From assembly GCF_965284355.1 (NCBI RefSeq), contig NZ_OZ260078.1, positions 1,199,111 to 1,263,110 of the forward strand: a DNA stretch of 64,000 bases, in the 5' to 3' direction. Numbering within the stretch: position 1 is the stretch's first letter; the number at the start of each line of letters is the position of its first letter. The notes beneath the pieces were generated by a model. It made no database searches, was not told the origin of the DNA, and saw only the letters and a list, made by a program, of their open reading frames with translations. Both the position numbers and the translations under genes were made by a program. This stretch comes from Phenylobacterium sp. (GTDB lineage Bacteria > Pseudomonadota > Alphaproteobacteria > Caulobacterales > Caulobacteraceae). Of this stretch, positions 51,553 to 60,441 are shown one piece after another.

Positions 51553-52875
51553 GTGTTGGACAAGCTCGAGGAAACCGAAGACCTCGCCCAGGTGGCGGCC
51601 GACGACGATCTGGCCGTCCGCGAGGCGGCCTACGAGAAGTTCGTCTGGGACAACCTCAAGCGCAACTACATCGGCAACTACCTGCACGGCATGCTGGGGA
51701 TGACCGGCTTCCGGCTGGTCAACGCCCCCACCTTCCTGCCGGCCTATCTGTTCGCGGTCTCGGGTTCGAACACCATCGTCGGCCTGGCGCTGGCCTTGCA
51801 GCAGGTGGGCGGGATCATCTCGCCGATCTTCGGGGCCACCAAGGTCGAGCACCGCACCAAGGTCATGCCGGCCGCCATGTGGATGGGCGGCCTGGGGCGA
51901 CTGGCCATTCTGGGCATGGGCGTGGCGGGCTGGTTCCTGTCGGGCCAGCCGCTGGTCTGGGCCCTGCTCTTCTTCATCCTGATGTTCGGCATCTTCATGG
52001 GCGCCCAACGGGTGGTCTTCAACGTGCTGATGTCGAAGGTGATTCCCATCAGCCGACGGGGGCGGCTGCAGGCGTGGCGCAACGCCACCGGGGGCCTGAT
52101 CGCCGCGATCCTGGCCTGGGTCGCGGGCAAGTACTTCGTCGACGCCAACCTGTTCGGCAACGGCTACGGCACGACCTTCATCTTCGCCTTCCTGCTGACC
52201 AGCGCGGGGCTGTGGGCGCTGCAGCTCCTGCTCAGGGAGCCGGAGCCGCCGACGGTCCGGGCCCAGGGGCGGTTCCGGGACCGCCTGCGCGACTTCCCCG
52301 CCCTGATCGCCCAGGACAAGGCCTACGCCTTCTTCCTGGTCGTGCAGATGCTGGCGACCTCGGCGCGGATCGCGACGCCGTTCTACATCCTCTACGTGGG
52401 CCGGGTGATCGGCGCCGACGGGGCGACCGTCGGACTGCTCTCGTTCGCGTTCCTGGGGGCCGACACGGTCTCGAACCTGGTCTGGGGCTACCTGGGCGAC
52501 AAGACCGGCTTCCGGCTGGTGCTGATCGTGTCGATCCTGGGCTGGATGGCCGCGACGCTGATGCTGCTGAACCTGCACGACGTGACGTCGATCTTCGCCG
52601 CCTTCGCCCTGCTGGGGGCCTCGCTCAGCGGCTACATGATGGCGGCGAACACCATGATCCTGGAGTTCGGCGCCCGCGACGACCTGCCGATGCGCATCGC
52701 GGTGTCGGCCACGGCGGAGAGCATCACCGCCACCGCCGGGCCGCTGGTGGGCGGCGTCGTCGCCGAGATCTATGGCTACGACGTGGTGTTCATGGCCTCG
52801 CTGGGCTTCCTGGTGGCCGCCTTCGTGATCCTGCTGACCGCGGTGCGGGACCCACGCCGTCGCCTCGCGGCCTAG
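51553..52875 (+). CDS. MFS transporter
   Basis: 440-aa polytopic protein with a GTG start. Confidence 0.8.
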   Translation: MLDKLEETEDLAQVAADDDLAVREAAYEKFVWDNLKRNYIGNYLHGMLGMTGFRLVNAPTFLPAYLFAVSGSNTIVGLALALQQVGGIISPIFGATKVEHRTKVMPAAMWMGGLGRLAILGMGVAGWFLSGQPLVWALLFFILMFGIFMGAQRVVFNVLMSKVIPISRRGRLQAWRNATGGLIAAILAWVAGKYFVDANLFGNGYGTTFIFAFLLTSAGLWALQLLLREPEPPTVRAQGRFRDRLRDFPALIAQDKAYAFFLVVQMLATSARIATPFYILYVGRVIGADGATVGLLSFAFLGADTVSNLVWGYLGDKTGFRLVLIVSILGWMAATLMLLNLHDVTSIFAAFALLGASLSGYMMAANTMILEFGARDDLPMRIAVSATAESITATAGPLVGGVVAEIYGYDVVFMASLGFLVAAFVILLTAVRDPRRRLAA

Positions 52876-52961
52876 GCTGAGGCTGCGGAACCGCAGCGCT
52901 TGACCGGCATTTTCGCTCTCGGGGTCGATTGGCCGGACTGGCCGTCACATGCCGAGGAGCA

Positions 52962-54458
52962 ATGGCTATTACTGCGGAAGAACCCGGTGACGCCCGGACA
53001 GGCATCGCCGGGCTCGACGACGTTCTGGGCGGCGGCCTCAAGCGCAACCGCGTGTTCCTCTTCGAGGGCGCGCCCGGCACGGGCAAGACCACGGCGGCCC
53101 TCAGCTACCTGATGGCCGGCGCGGCGGCGGGCGAGAAGGTGCTTTACGTCACCCTGTCCGAGACCGAGGCCGAGCTGCGCGACACCGCCGCCTCGCACGG
53201 CTGGAGCCTGGAGGGCGTCGAGGTCTTCGAGCTGGTTCCGCCCGAGAACCTGCTGGACGAGCACCAGCAGCAGAGCCTGCTCTATTCGTCCGACCTGGAG
53301 CTGGGCGAGACGACCCGGATGATCCTGGACGCCGTCGAGCGATCCGAGCCCAGCCGCGTGGTGATCGACAGTCTGTCGGAAATCCGGCTGCTCGCGCAGG
53401 GGTCGCTGCGGTATCGCCGCCAGGTCCTGGCGCTGAAGCACTACTTCGCCAAGCACGGCGCGACCGTGGTGCTGCTGGACGACCTGACGGCCGAGATTTC
53501 GGACAAGACGGTGCACAGCGTGGCCCACGGCGTCGTGCGTCTCGAGGAGCTGGCGCCCGAATACGGGGCCGAGCGCCGGCGCGTGCGGGTCACGAAGTAC
53601 CGGGGCCGCAAGTTCCGGGGCGGCTATCACGACTTCACGATCAAGACCGGCGGCCTGGAAATCTACCCCCGTCTGGTCTCGTCCGAGCACAAGACCGACT
53701 TCGACCGCACGCCGCTGACCAGTGGCGTCCCGGGCCTGGACGAGCTGCTGGGCGGCGGACTGGATCGCGGGTCGAGCTGCCTGATCCTGGGCCCGGCCGG
53801 CACCGGCAAGTCTCTGATGGCGCTGTACTTCGCAATGTCGGCGATCCAGCGCGGCGAGAAGGCGGCGCTGTTCGTCTTCGACGAAGAGCTGGGTCTGCTG
53901 TTCGAGCGCGCCAAGGGCCTCGGATTCAACCTGAAACCATTGCACGACGAGGGCAGTCTGGTGGTGCAGCAGGTCGACGCCGCCGAGCTGTCGCCCGGCG
54001 AGTTCACCGCCAACGTGCGCCATTGCGTCAGGGAGCGCGGCATACGAACCGTCATCATCGACAGCCTGAACGGCTATCAGGCGGCGATGCCGGAAGAGCA
54101 CTTCCTGCTGCTGCATATGCACGAGCTGCTGCAGTTCCTGAACCGGCAAGGCGCGACCACCTTCCTGACCGTCGCCCAGCACGGGCTGGTGGGCGAGACG
54201 AAGGCGCCGGTGGATGTCACCTACCTGGCCGACACCGTGCTGCTGCTCCGCTACTTCGAGGCCGCGGGCGAGGTGCGTCGGGCGGTGTCGGTGATCAAGA
54301 AGCGTTCGGGACAGCACGAGAAGACGATCCGCGAGTACGAGATCGACCAGAGCGGCCTGAACGTCGGCCCGCCGCTGACCGAGTTCCAGGGCGTGCTGCG
54401 CGGCGTGCCGAACTTCGTGGGCCCGGGCTCCGGCCTGCTGGGCGAACGGTCCGCATGA
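52962..54458 (+). CDS. KaiC-like double-domain RecA-superfamily ATPase
   Basis: Two Walker A motifs (GAPGTGKTT and GPAGTGKSL) in tandem KaiC/RadA-like domains, with N-terminus GIAGLDDVLGGGL. ATG at 52962 has a GAGGAG Shine-Dalgarno. Confidence 0.85.
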   Translation: MAITAEEPGDARTGIAGLDDVLGGGLKRNRVFLFEGAPGTGKTTAALSYLMAGAAAGEKVLYVTLSETEAELRDTAASHGWSLEGVEVFELVPPENLLDEHQQQSLLYSSDLELGETTRMILDAVERSEPSRVVIDSLSEIRLLAQGSLRYRRQVLALKHYFAKHGATVVLLDDLTAEISDKTVHSVAHGVVRLEELAPEYGAERRRVRVTKYRGRKFRGGYHDFTIKTGGLEIYPRLVSSEHKTDFDRTPLTSGVPGLDELLGGGLDRGSSCLILGPAGTGKSLMALYFAMSAIQRGEKAALFVFDEELGLLFERAKGLGFNLKPLHDEGSLVVQQVDAAELSPGEFTANVRHCVRERGIRTVIIDSLNGYQAAMPEEHFLLLHMHELLQFLNRQGATTFLTVAQHGLVGETKAPVDVTYLADTVLLLRYFEAAGEVRRAVSVIKKRSGQHEKTIREYEIDQSGLNVGPPLTEFQGVLRGVPNFVGPGSGLLGERSA

Positions 54459-55624
54459 CCGCCGGTTCGAGCGCGGGCTCCGAACGGACGATCGTCCTGG
54501 CCCCCATGGGGCGCGACGCCCAGATTGCGGCGGCCATCCTGGGCGAGGCGAAGATCGAGACGGCGATCTGCCCCGACATGGCGTCGCTGTTGCCGACGCT
54601 GGAAGCGGGCGCCGGCCTGGCGGTGATCGTGGAAGAGGTGCTGCACGAGCAGGACTACGGCGACTTCGCCCGCTGGGTCGAGGCTCAGCCGGCCTGGTCG
54701 GACTTCCCGGTGATCGTGCTGGCCCAGCGCGGCGGCGGGATCGAGCGCAACCCGGCGGCCGGCCGGTTCATCCAGGCGCTGGGCAACGTCAGCTTCCTGG
54801 AGCGTCCGTTCCATCCCACCACCCTGGTCAGCATCGTCCAGACCGCCTTGCGCGGGCGCAGGCGGCAGTACGAGGCGCGCGAACGCCTGCACACGCTGCG
54901 CGCAGCGGTGCGTCGCCAGCAGCAGGATCAGGCGCACCTGCGGCTGCTGATCAACGAGCTGAACCACCGCGTGAAGAACACGCTGGCCACTGTGCAGTCG
55001 CTGGTCGCCCAGACGCTGCGCAGCGCTGATGTCTCCACCCGCACGCGGGACGCGCTGACCTCGCGGATCGTGGCGCTGTCGAAGGCGCACGATGTGCTGA
55101 CCAACGAGCAGTGGTCGGGCGCCGACCTGGCCGAGATCGCGGGCCAGGCGGCGCAGCCGTTCCGGCTGGGCCTGGGCGAGGCGCGGATCATCATGCGTGG
55201 CCCCCAGGTGCGCGTCCCGCCCAAGACCGCCATCGCCATGGCGCTGGCGGTGCACGAACTGGCCACCAACGCCGTGAAGTACGGTGCGCTGTCGGGGCAG
55301 GACGGACGCGTGGAGTTCACCTGGCGGATCTCGGGCCGGGCCTCAGCGCGCCAGCTGACGGCGGTGTGGCGCGAGATCGACGGGCCGCGCGTGAGCCCGC
55401 CCACGCGCGCCGGCTTCGGCACGCGGCTCATCCAGCGCGGACTGGCGGCTGACCTGAACGGCGAGGTGACCATCCAGTATCCGCCCGAGGGCGTGATCTG
55501 CACGATCCGCGCCATGCTGGACGCCGCCGACCTGGACGCCGCGGAGATCGAGCCGCCCTTGGAGCCCCGCCGCCGCCCCGCCGCGCCCCCCGAGGATCCG
55601 GCCGAAGCGCCGTCGCCCGCCTAG
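54455..55624 (+). CDS. HWE/HisKA_2-type histidine kinase with an N-terminal pseudo-receiver domain
   Basis: Its ATG overlaps the kaiC-like stop (ATGA). The receiver-like N-terminus has Glu at the expected phospho-Asp position (LAVIVEEV). H-box LINELNHRVKNTLATVQSL and an HWE-type ATPase region (ELATNAVKYGAL...GFGTRLI) follow. Confidence 0.85.
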   Translation: MTAGSSAGSERTIVLAPMGRDAQIAAAILGEAKIETAICPDMASLLPTLEAGAGLAVIVEEVLHEQDYGDFARWVEAQPAWSDFPVIVLAQRGGGIERNPAAGRFIQALGNVSFLERPFHPTTLVSIVQTALRGRRRQYEARERLHTLRAAVRRQQQDQAHLRLLINELNHRVKNTLATVQSLVAQTLRSADVSTRTRDALTSRIVALSKAHDVLTNEQWSGADLAEIAGQAAQPFRLGLGEARIIMRGPQVRVPPKTAIAMALAVHELATNAVKYGALSGQDGRVEFTWRISGRASARQLTAVWREIDGPRVSPPTRAGFGTRLIQRGLAADLNGEVTIQYPPEGVICTIRAMLDAADLDAAEIEPPLEPRRRPAAPPEDPAEAPSPA

Positions 55625-55763
55625 CGGCGATTGGGCCGTCGCGCCAGGCCGTGCTATGGCCCGGCGATGGTCCGTCGCAGCGCAAACCCGTCCGGTTGCT
55701 CGAACGCCACCCTCGCGGGGCGTCTGGCCGGTCGTGCGCGTGTGAACGCCTAGCCTTCCAGAC

Positions 55764-55791
55764 AAGCCCCGCCGGACCGGCCGGGGCTTTG
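55764..55791 (+). terminator. Possible intrinsic terminator after the kinase gene
   Basis: AGCCCCG-ccggaccggc-CGGGGCT followed by TTTGG. Confidence 0.4.
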
Positions 55792-55847
55792 GATCACATC
55801 AGGAAGGCGCCTCCCCGGCCTCCGGCTCACTCAGACGAGAGACCGAG

Positions 55848-56420
55848 ATGGACGACCGAAAACCCCTGCCCCCTACGCCCGTGCTGGAGACCGCGCGGCT
55901 GATCCTGCGCCCGCTCGCCGAGACCGACATCCCGACGATCCAGCGGATCTTCCCCCAGTGGGAGCTGGTGAAGCACCTGGGCCCGCAGATTCCCTGGCCC
56001 TACCCGGGCGACGGGGCCGCCACGAACATGGCGATGTGCCTGGATCAGCGCGCCAAGGGCGAGAAGTTCTTCTGGGCGATCACATTGAAGGGGGACGACA
56101 CCCTGCGCGGCCGCATCGACCTCTGGCCGTTCGATGGCCAGCGTCGCGACATGCGCGGCTTCTGGCTCGACCCCGAGCTTTGGGGACAGGGCCTGATGAT
56201 GGAGGCGGCCGAGGCGGTGACGGCCTACGCCTTCGAGGTGCTGGAATGGCCGTTCCTCTACCTGAGCAACTCGGCGAAGAACGTCGGCTCGCACCGGGTG
56301 AAGGAGAAGCAGGGGGCCGTGGAGATCGCCCGCGAACCCTTCGCCTATGTGTCGGGGCCGGCTGACAAGGTGACCTGGATTCTGCGCCGTGAAGCCTGGC
56401 TCGCGAGGCCTGCGACATGA
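55848..56420 (+). CDS. GNAT-family (RimJ/RimL-like) N-acetyltransferase
   Basis: 190 aa with LETARLILRPLAETD and WGQGLMMEAAEAVTAYAF. Confidence 0.85.
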   Translation: MDDRKPLPPTPVLETARLILRPLAETDIPTIQRIFPQWELVKHLGPQIPWPYPGDGAATNMAMCLDQRAKGEKFFWAITLKGDDTLRGRIDLWPFDGQRRDMRGFWLDPELWGQGLMMEAAEAVTAYAFEVLEWPFLYLSNSAKNVGSHRVKEKQGAVEIAREPFAYVSGPADKVTWILRREAWLARPAT

Positions 56421-56611
56421 GCTTCCTGCCCTCTTTTTCGGCATGAATTGCACGAAAAGTCAGCGAATCTGCCGTCGGACGGGCATGCACGCGGGCGCCC
56501 GTCCGATAGGCGGTTGGCCGGCTACATGCTCACTGCCTATGCACGCCTTGCCTCGCGCATAGGCAGATCGGCGGAATACCGCCGGCGGCGCGGGGTCGAG
56601 GGGGAGACGCC

Positions 56612-57910
56612 ATGACCCGGGCGCGCGTGCTGGCCGGACTTTCGACGCTGATTTTCGCGGCATCCGGCGCGGGCTCGGCCCTGGCGCAGGACGCTCCGCC
56701 CACGGCTGATCCGGCCAACACCGCCTGGATCCTGGCGGCGACCGCGTTGGTGCTGTTCATGACCCTGCCGGGATTGGCCCTGTTCTACGCGGGCCTGGTG
56801 CGGGCCAAGAACGCGCTCAGCGTGATGATGCATTGCGTGGCGATCGCCTGCCTGGCCTCGGTGCTGTGGCTGCTGGGCGGCTACAGCCTGGCCTTCTCGG
56901 GCTCGAACCCCTTCATCGGCGATCTCGCCAAGTTCGGCCTGCCCGGCGGCCGCGACGCCGTCAGCGGCACGCTGCCCGAGACGGTGTTCTTCGCCTTCCA
57001 GATGACCTTCGCGATCATCACCCCCGGGCTGATCGTCGGCGCCTACGTCGAGCGGATCAAGTTCGGGGCGGTGCTGATGTTCTCGGGCCTCTGGCTGCTG
57101 CTGGTCTATGCGCCGGTCTGCCACTGGGTATGGGGCGGCGGATGGCTGGCCCAGATGAAGGTCATGGACTACGCGGGCGGCCTGGTGGTCCATGCGACGG
57201 CCGGCGTCTCGTCGCTGGTGGCGGTGGCGATGCTGGGGCCGCGCGATGGCTTCCCGGGCGACCTGCACCCGCCGCACAACCCCGGCATGACGATGATGGG
57301 CGCCGGCATGCTTTGGGTGGGCTGGTACGGCTTCAACGCGGGCAGCGCGCTGGCGGCCGACGCGGCGGCGGGCTCGGCCCTGGTGGCGACCCACCTGTCG
57401 GCGGCGACCGCGGGCCTCGTCTGGGCGCTGATCGAGCGCGTGAAGTTCGGGCGCACCAGCATGATCGGCGTGGTCACCGGCGTCGTGGCCGGCCTCGCCA
57501 CCGTAACCCCGGCCTCGGGCTTCGTGGGTCCGGTCGGCGGCGTCGTCCTGGGCGCGCTGGGCAGCCTGATCTGCTTCCACTGCGTGGGTCCGGTGAAGTC
57601 CAAGCTGAGGCTGGACGACAGCCTGGACGTCTTCGCCGTCCACGGCGTGGGCGGCATCCTGGGCACCCTGGGCGTCGCCGTGCTGGCCTCGGCCCAGCTG
57701 GGCGGCGTGGGCTACGCCGAGGGCATGACCATGGGCAGCCAGGCCGGCGTGCAGGCGCTGGGCGTGCTCACCGTCTGCGCCTGGTCGGCGGCGGCCTCGG
57801 CCGTAATCCTGCTCATCTGCAAGGTCACCGTGGGCCTGCGCGCCACCCCGGAAGCGATCGAAGACGGGCTCGACCTCTCGACCCATGGCGAGCGGGCGTA
57901 TCAGAACTAG
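56612..57910 (+). CDS. amtB: Ammonium transporter
   Basis: 432 aa with a signal peptide and conserved AGLVRAKN, DYAGGLVVH, GWYGFNAGSA and VHGVGGILGTL. Confidence 0.92.
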   Translation: MTRARVLAGLSTLIFAASGAGSALAQDAPPTADPANTAWILAATALVLFMTLPGLALFYAGLVRAKNALSVMMHCVAIACLASVLWLLGGYSLAFSGSNPFIGDLAKFGLPGGRDAVSGTLPETVFFAFQMTFAIITPGLIVGAYVERIKFGAVLMFSGLWLLLVYAPVCHWVWGGGWLAQMKVMDYAGGLVVHATAGVSSLVAVAMLGPRDGFPGDLHPPHNPGMTMMGAGMLWVGWYGFNAGSALAADAAAGSALVATHLSAATAGLVWALIERVKFGRTSMIGVVTGVVAGLATVTPASGFVGPVGGVVLGALGSLICFHCVGPVKSKLRLDDSLDVFAVHGVGGILGTLGVAVLASAQLGGVGYAEGMTMGSQAGVQALGVLTVCAWSAAASAVILLICKVTVGLRATPEAIEDGLDLSTHGERAYQN

Positions 57911-57952
57911 TGGGTTGAGCTGCGGGCGATTCCGCCCGCTTGATCGACGCAG

Positions 57953-58720
57953 ATGATCCAGGTTCCCACGGCGCTCTGGGCGCACACCGCCTTCGATCTT
58001 GCCGCCTGGGGTGCGGGCCTGGGCTTGAGCGTCGTGCTCCACCGCTGGCGGCTGCGGGGGTTGACCGAGGCCGTCGCCGGCAAAGTGGGCGGCGGCTACT
58101 TCGCGGCGTTGGCGGCGGGCGCCATTCCCGGCGCCTGGCTGGCCGGATCGCTGAACTCGCTGCAGAACGCCCAACCCGCCCTGTCGCATAGCGTGGTGGG
58201 CGCTCTTGTCGGCGCGATCGTGGGCGTCGAGGTCTACAAGGCCCTGCGCGGCGTGAAGGGCTCAACCGGTGGGATGTTCGTCGGGCCGTTCGCGCTGGGC
58301 GTTGTGATCGGGCGCTGGGGCTGCCTGTTCGCGGGCAAACCCGACGGGACCTATGGCGCGCCTACCGCCCTGCCCTGGGCCGTCGACCTGGGTGACGGGA
58401 TCGGACGCCATCCCGTGCAGGCCTACGAGAGCCTGGCCATGGCTCTGTTCCTGGCCGTCTACCTCGAGGGACTGGCGCGCAGACGGCCCTGGGCGATGCG
58501 GCGGGGGTTCTACGCGCTGTGCCTCTGGTACGGGGCCACCCGCTTCGGTTGGGAGTTCCTCAAACCCTATCCATCGTTGATTGGACCGCTTAACCTCTTC
58601 CACGTGCTGTGCGGGGGGCTGGTCGCTTATGGATGGGTCTACTATCGAGCCAGCCTCGTCCGCGATCGCGCGGAAGGCCGCGCCCTACCTGTTCCTGGGC
58701 CAGACCACGAGCCTGTGTGA
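57953..58720 (+). CDS. Prolipoprotein-diacylglyceryl-transferase (Lgt)-family membrane protein, paralog-like
   Basis: 255-aa polytopic protein with Lgt-like blocks IGRWGCLFAGKPDGTYGAPTALPWAV and RHPVQAYESLAMALFL. It is shorter than housekeeping Lgt. Confidence 0.7.
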   Translation: MIQVPTALWAHTAFDLAAWGAGLGLSVVLHRWRLRGLTEAVAGKVGGGYFAALAAGAIPGAWLAGSLNSLQNAQPALSHSVVGALVGAIVGVEVYKALRGVKGSTGGMFVGPFALGVVIGRWGCLFAGKPDGTYGAPTALPWAVDLGDGIGRHPVQAYESLAMALFLAVYLEGLARRRPWAMRRGFYALCLWYGATRFGWEFLKPYPSLIGPLNLFHVLCGGLVAYGWVYYRASLVRDRAEGRALPVPGPDHEPV

Positions 58721-60065
58721 GACCTGCCTGGCGCTGGTCCCGGCCAAGGTGATCGGCGAGGACGGCAAGGTCTTCTACCTCAAGCGCTGTCGCGAGCACG
58801 GGGTGCAGAAGACCCTGATCGCCGACGACATCGCCTATTGGAAATCCCAGCGCGACTGGCTGAAGCCCGGCGACCGGCCGCTCTCAGTGGCCACGCGCAC
58901 CGAACACGGATGTCCCTACGACTGCGGTCTCTGCCCCGACCACGAGCAGCACTCGTGCCTGGCGATCGTGGAGATCAACGAGGCCTGCAACCTGTCGTGC
59001 CCCGTCTGCTTCGCCGACTCATCGGTGAAGCGCGAGGCCCATCGGCCGCTGGCCGAGATCGAGCGGATGCTGGACGTGATCGTCGAGGCCGAGGGCGAGC
59101 CTGATCTTGTCCAGCTCTCGGGCGGCGAGCCCACCATCCATCCGCAGTTCTGGGAGATTCTGGACGCGGCCAAGGCGCGGCCGATCCGGCATCTGATGAT
59201 CAACACCAACGGCCTGCGGATCGCGCGCGAGCCGGGCTTCGCCGAGCGGCTGGCCGCCTACATGCCGGGCTTCGAGGTCTATCTGCAGTTCGACAGCCTG
59301 AAACGCGATGCGCTGATCGAATTGCGCGGCGCCGACCTCACCAAGGTGCGGGTCGAGGCGCTGGAGGCGCTGGAGCGGGCCAACATCTCCACAACCCTCG
59401 TGGTGACGCTGAAAAAGGGCGTCAACGACGACGAGATCGCCGACATCGTCCGCTTCGCGCTGAACTGGCGCTGCGTGCGCGGGGTGACATTCCAGCCGAT
59501 CCAGGACGCCGGGCGCAACGACGGATTTGACGCTAAGCAGCATCGGATGGTGTTGACCGAGGTGCGTCGGAAAATCGCCGAGGCCGGCGTCTTCGGCCTG
59601 GACGACCTGATCCCCCTGCCCTGCAACCCGGACCAGATCTGCATCGGCTATGGCCTCAGGAACGGGCGGGAGGTGCAGCCGGTGACGGCGATGCTGCCGC
59701 GCGAGCTGTTCGTGGCCGCGGCGCCCAACACGGTGACCTTCGAGAGCTATCCCGAGCTGCGCGAGAAGGTGTTCGAACTGCTGTCGCTCTCGACCGCGCA
59801 GGGCAATACGTCGGACAAGCTCGCCAACCTGCTCTGCTGCCTGCCGGAGGCGGCGGTGCCGCAGGAGGTGGCCTACGAGAACACCTTCCGGGTGGTGGTG
59901 AGCCAGTTCCTGGACCGCTTCAACTTCGACTTGGGGACCGTCAAGCGCAGCTGCGTGCACTTCGTGCAGCCCGACGGGCGGATCATCCCCTTCGACACTT
60001 ACAACACGTTCTACCGGCCGGGCGCGGCAGGGGCCGAGGCGTTGAAGCGGGGGCAAGGTCTATGA
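58629..60065 (+). CDS. Cys-rich radical SAM enzyme of the MJ0619/tetraether-lipid-synthase-like type (family assignment tentative)
   Basis: It has an N-terminal zinc-ribbon-like CETC...CREH, then GCPYDCGLCPDHEQHSC immediately followed by the radical SAM cluster CNLSCPVC and SGGEPT. Its start lies inside the 3' end of the Lgt-like gene. Confidence 0.78.
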   Translation: MDGSTIEPASSAIARKAAPYLFLGQTTSLCETCLALVPAKVIGEDGKVFYLKRCREHGVQKTLIADDIAYWKSQRDWLKPGDRPLSVATRTEHGCPYDCGLCPDHEQHSCLAIVEINEACNLSCPVCFADSSVKREAHRPLAEIERMLDVIVEAEGEPDLVQLSGGEPTIHPQFWEILDAAKARPIRHLMINTNGLRIAREPGFAERLAAYMPGFEVYLQFDSLKRDALIELRGADLTKVRVEALEALERANISTTLVVTLKKGVNDDEIADIVRFALNWRCVRGVTFQPIQDAGRNDGFDAKQHRMVLTEVRRKIAEAGVFGLDDLIPLPCNPDQICIGYGLRNGREVQPVTAMLPRELFVAAAPNTVTFESYPELREKVFELLSLSTAQGNTSDKLANLLCCLPEAAVPQEVAYENTFRVVVSQFLDRFNFDLGTVKRSCVHFVQPDGRIIPFDTYNTFYRPGAAGAEALKRGQGL

Positions 60066-60376
60066 GCGAGCGGCGGGCGGTCCAACGGTTCTTCGGCGCG
60101 GCGCTGATCGGCGTGGGCGTACTGATGATGCTGCTGTGCGGCGGCTGCGGCGCGCTGTTCTCCATCGGCTTCTTCATCAGTGGCCTGGCCTCGTCGAACC
60201 ACGAGGACATCAGTATGGTCATCATGCCGATCCTGCTGGGCGGCGTGCCGGCCGCCGTCGGACTGGGCCTGTTCATCGTCGGGCGGGATTTGCGGCGACC
60301 GACCAACAGGGCCGCACCACTACCACCATCGGTCGACGACAACGACGGCGGCGACGACGGCGGCGTCCACCCGTAG
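60062..60376 (+). CDS. Small membrane protein with an acidic, Pro-rich tail
   Basis: 104 aa with about three hydrophobic segments. ATGA overlap with the radical SAM stop. Confidence 0.5.
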   Translation: MSERRAVQRFFGAALIGVGVLMMLLCGGCGALFSIGFFISGLASSNHEDISMVIMPILLGGVPAAVGLGLFIVGRDLRRPTNRAAPLPPSVDDNDGGDDGGVHP

Positions 60377-60441
60377 AGTGCCACGCCGCCGTCGCTCGAG
60401 AACCGCGGGTGTTCTGGCCAACTGAGATCGGTATCTAGCTT

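Noticed and set aside
52962-55624. A bona fide circadian KaiABC oscillator
   Set aside because: Only a KaiC-like gene is present, with no kaiA or kaiB in the window. It is reported only as a KaiC-like signalling pair, not a clock.
56537-58189. 550-aa minus-strand ORF overlapping amtB
   Set aside because: It is antisense to a textbook ammonium transporter, and the translation is Arg/Gly/His-rich with no domain signatures.
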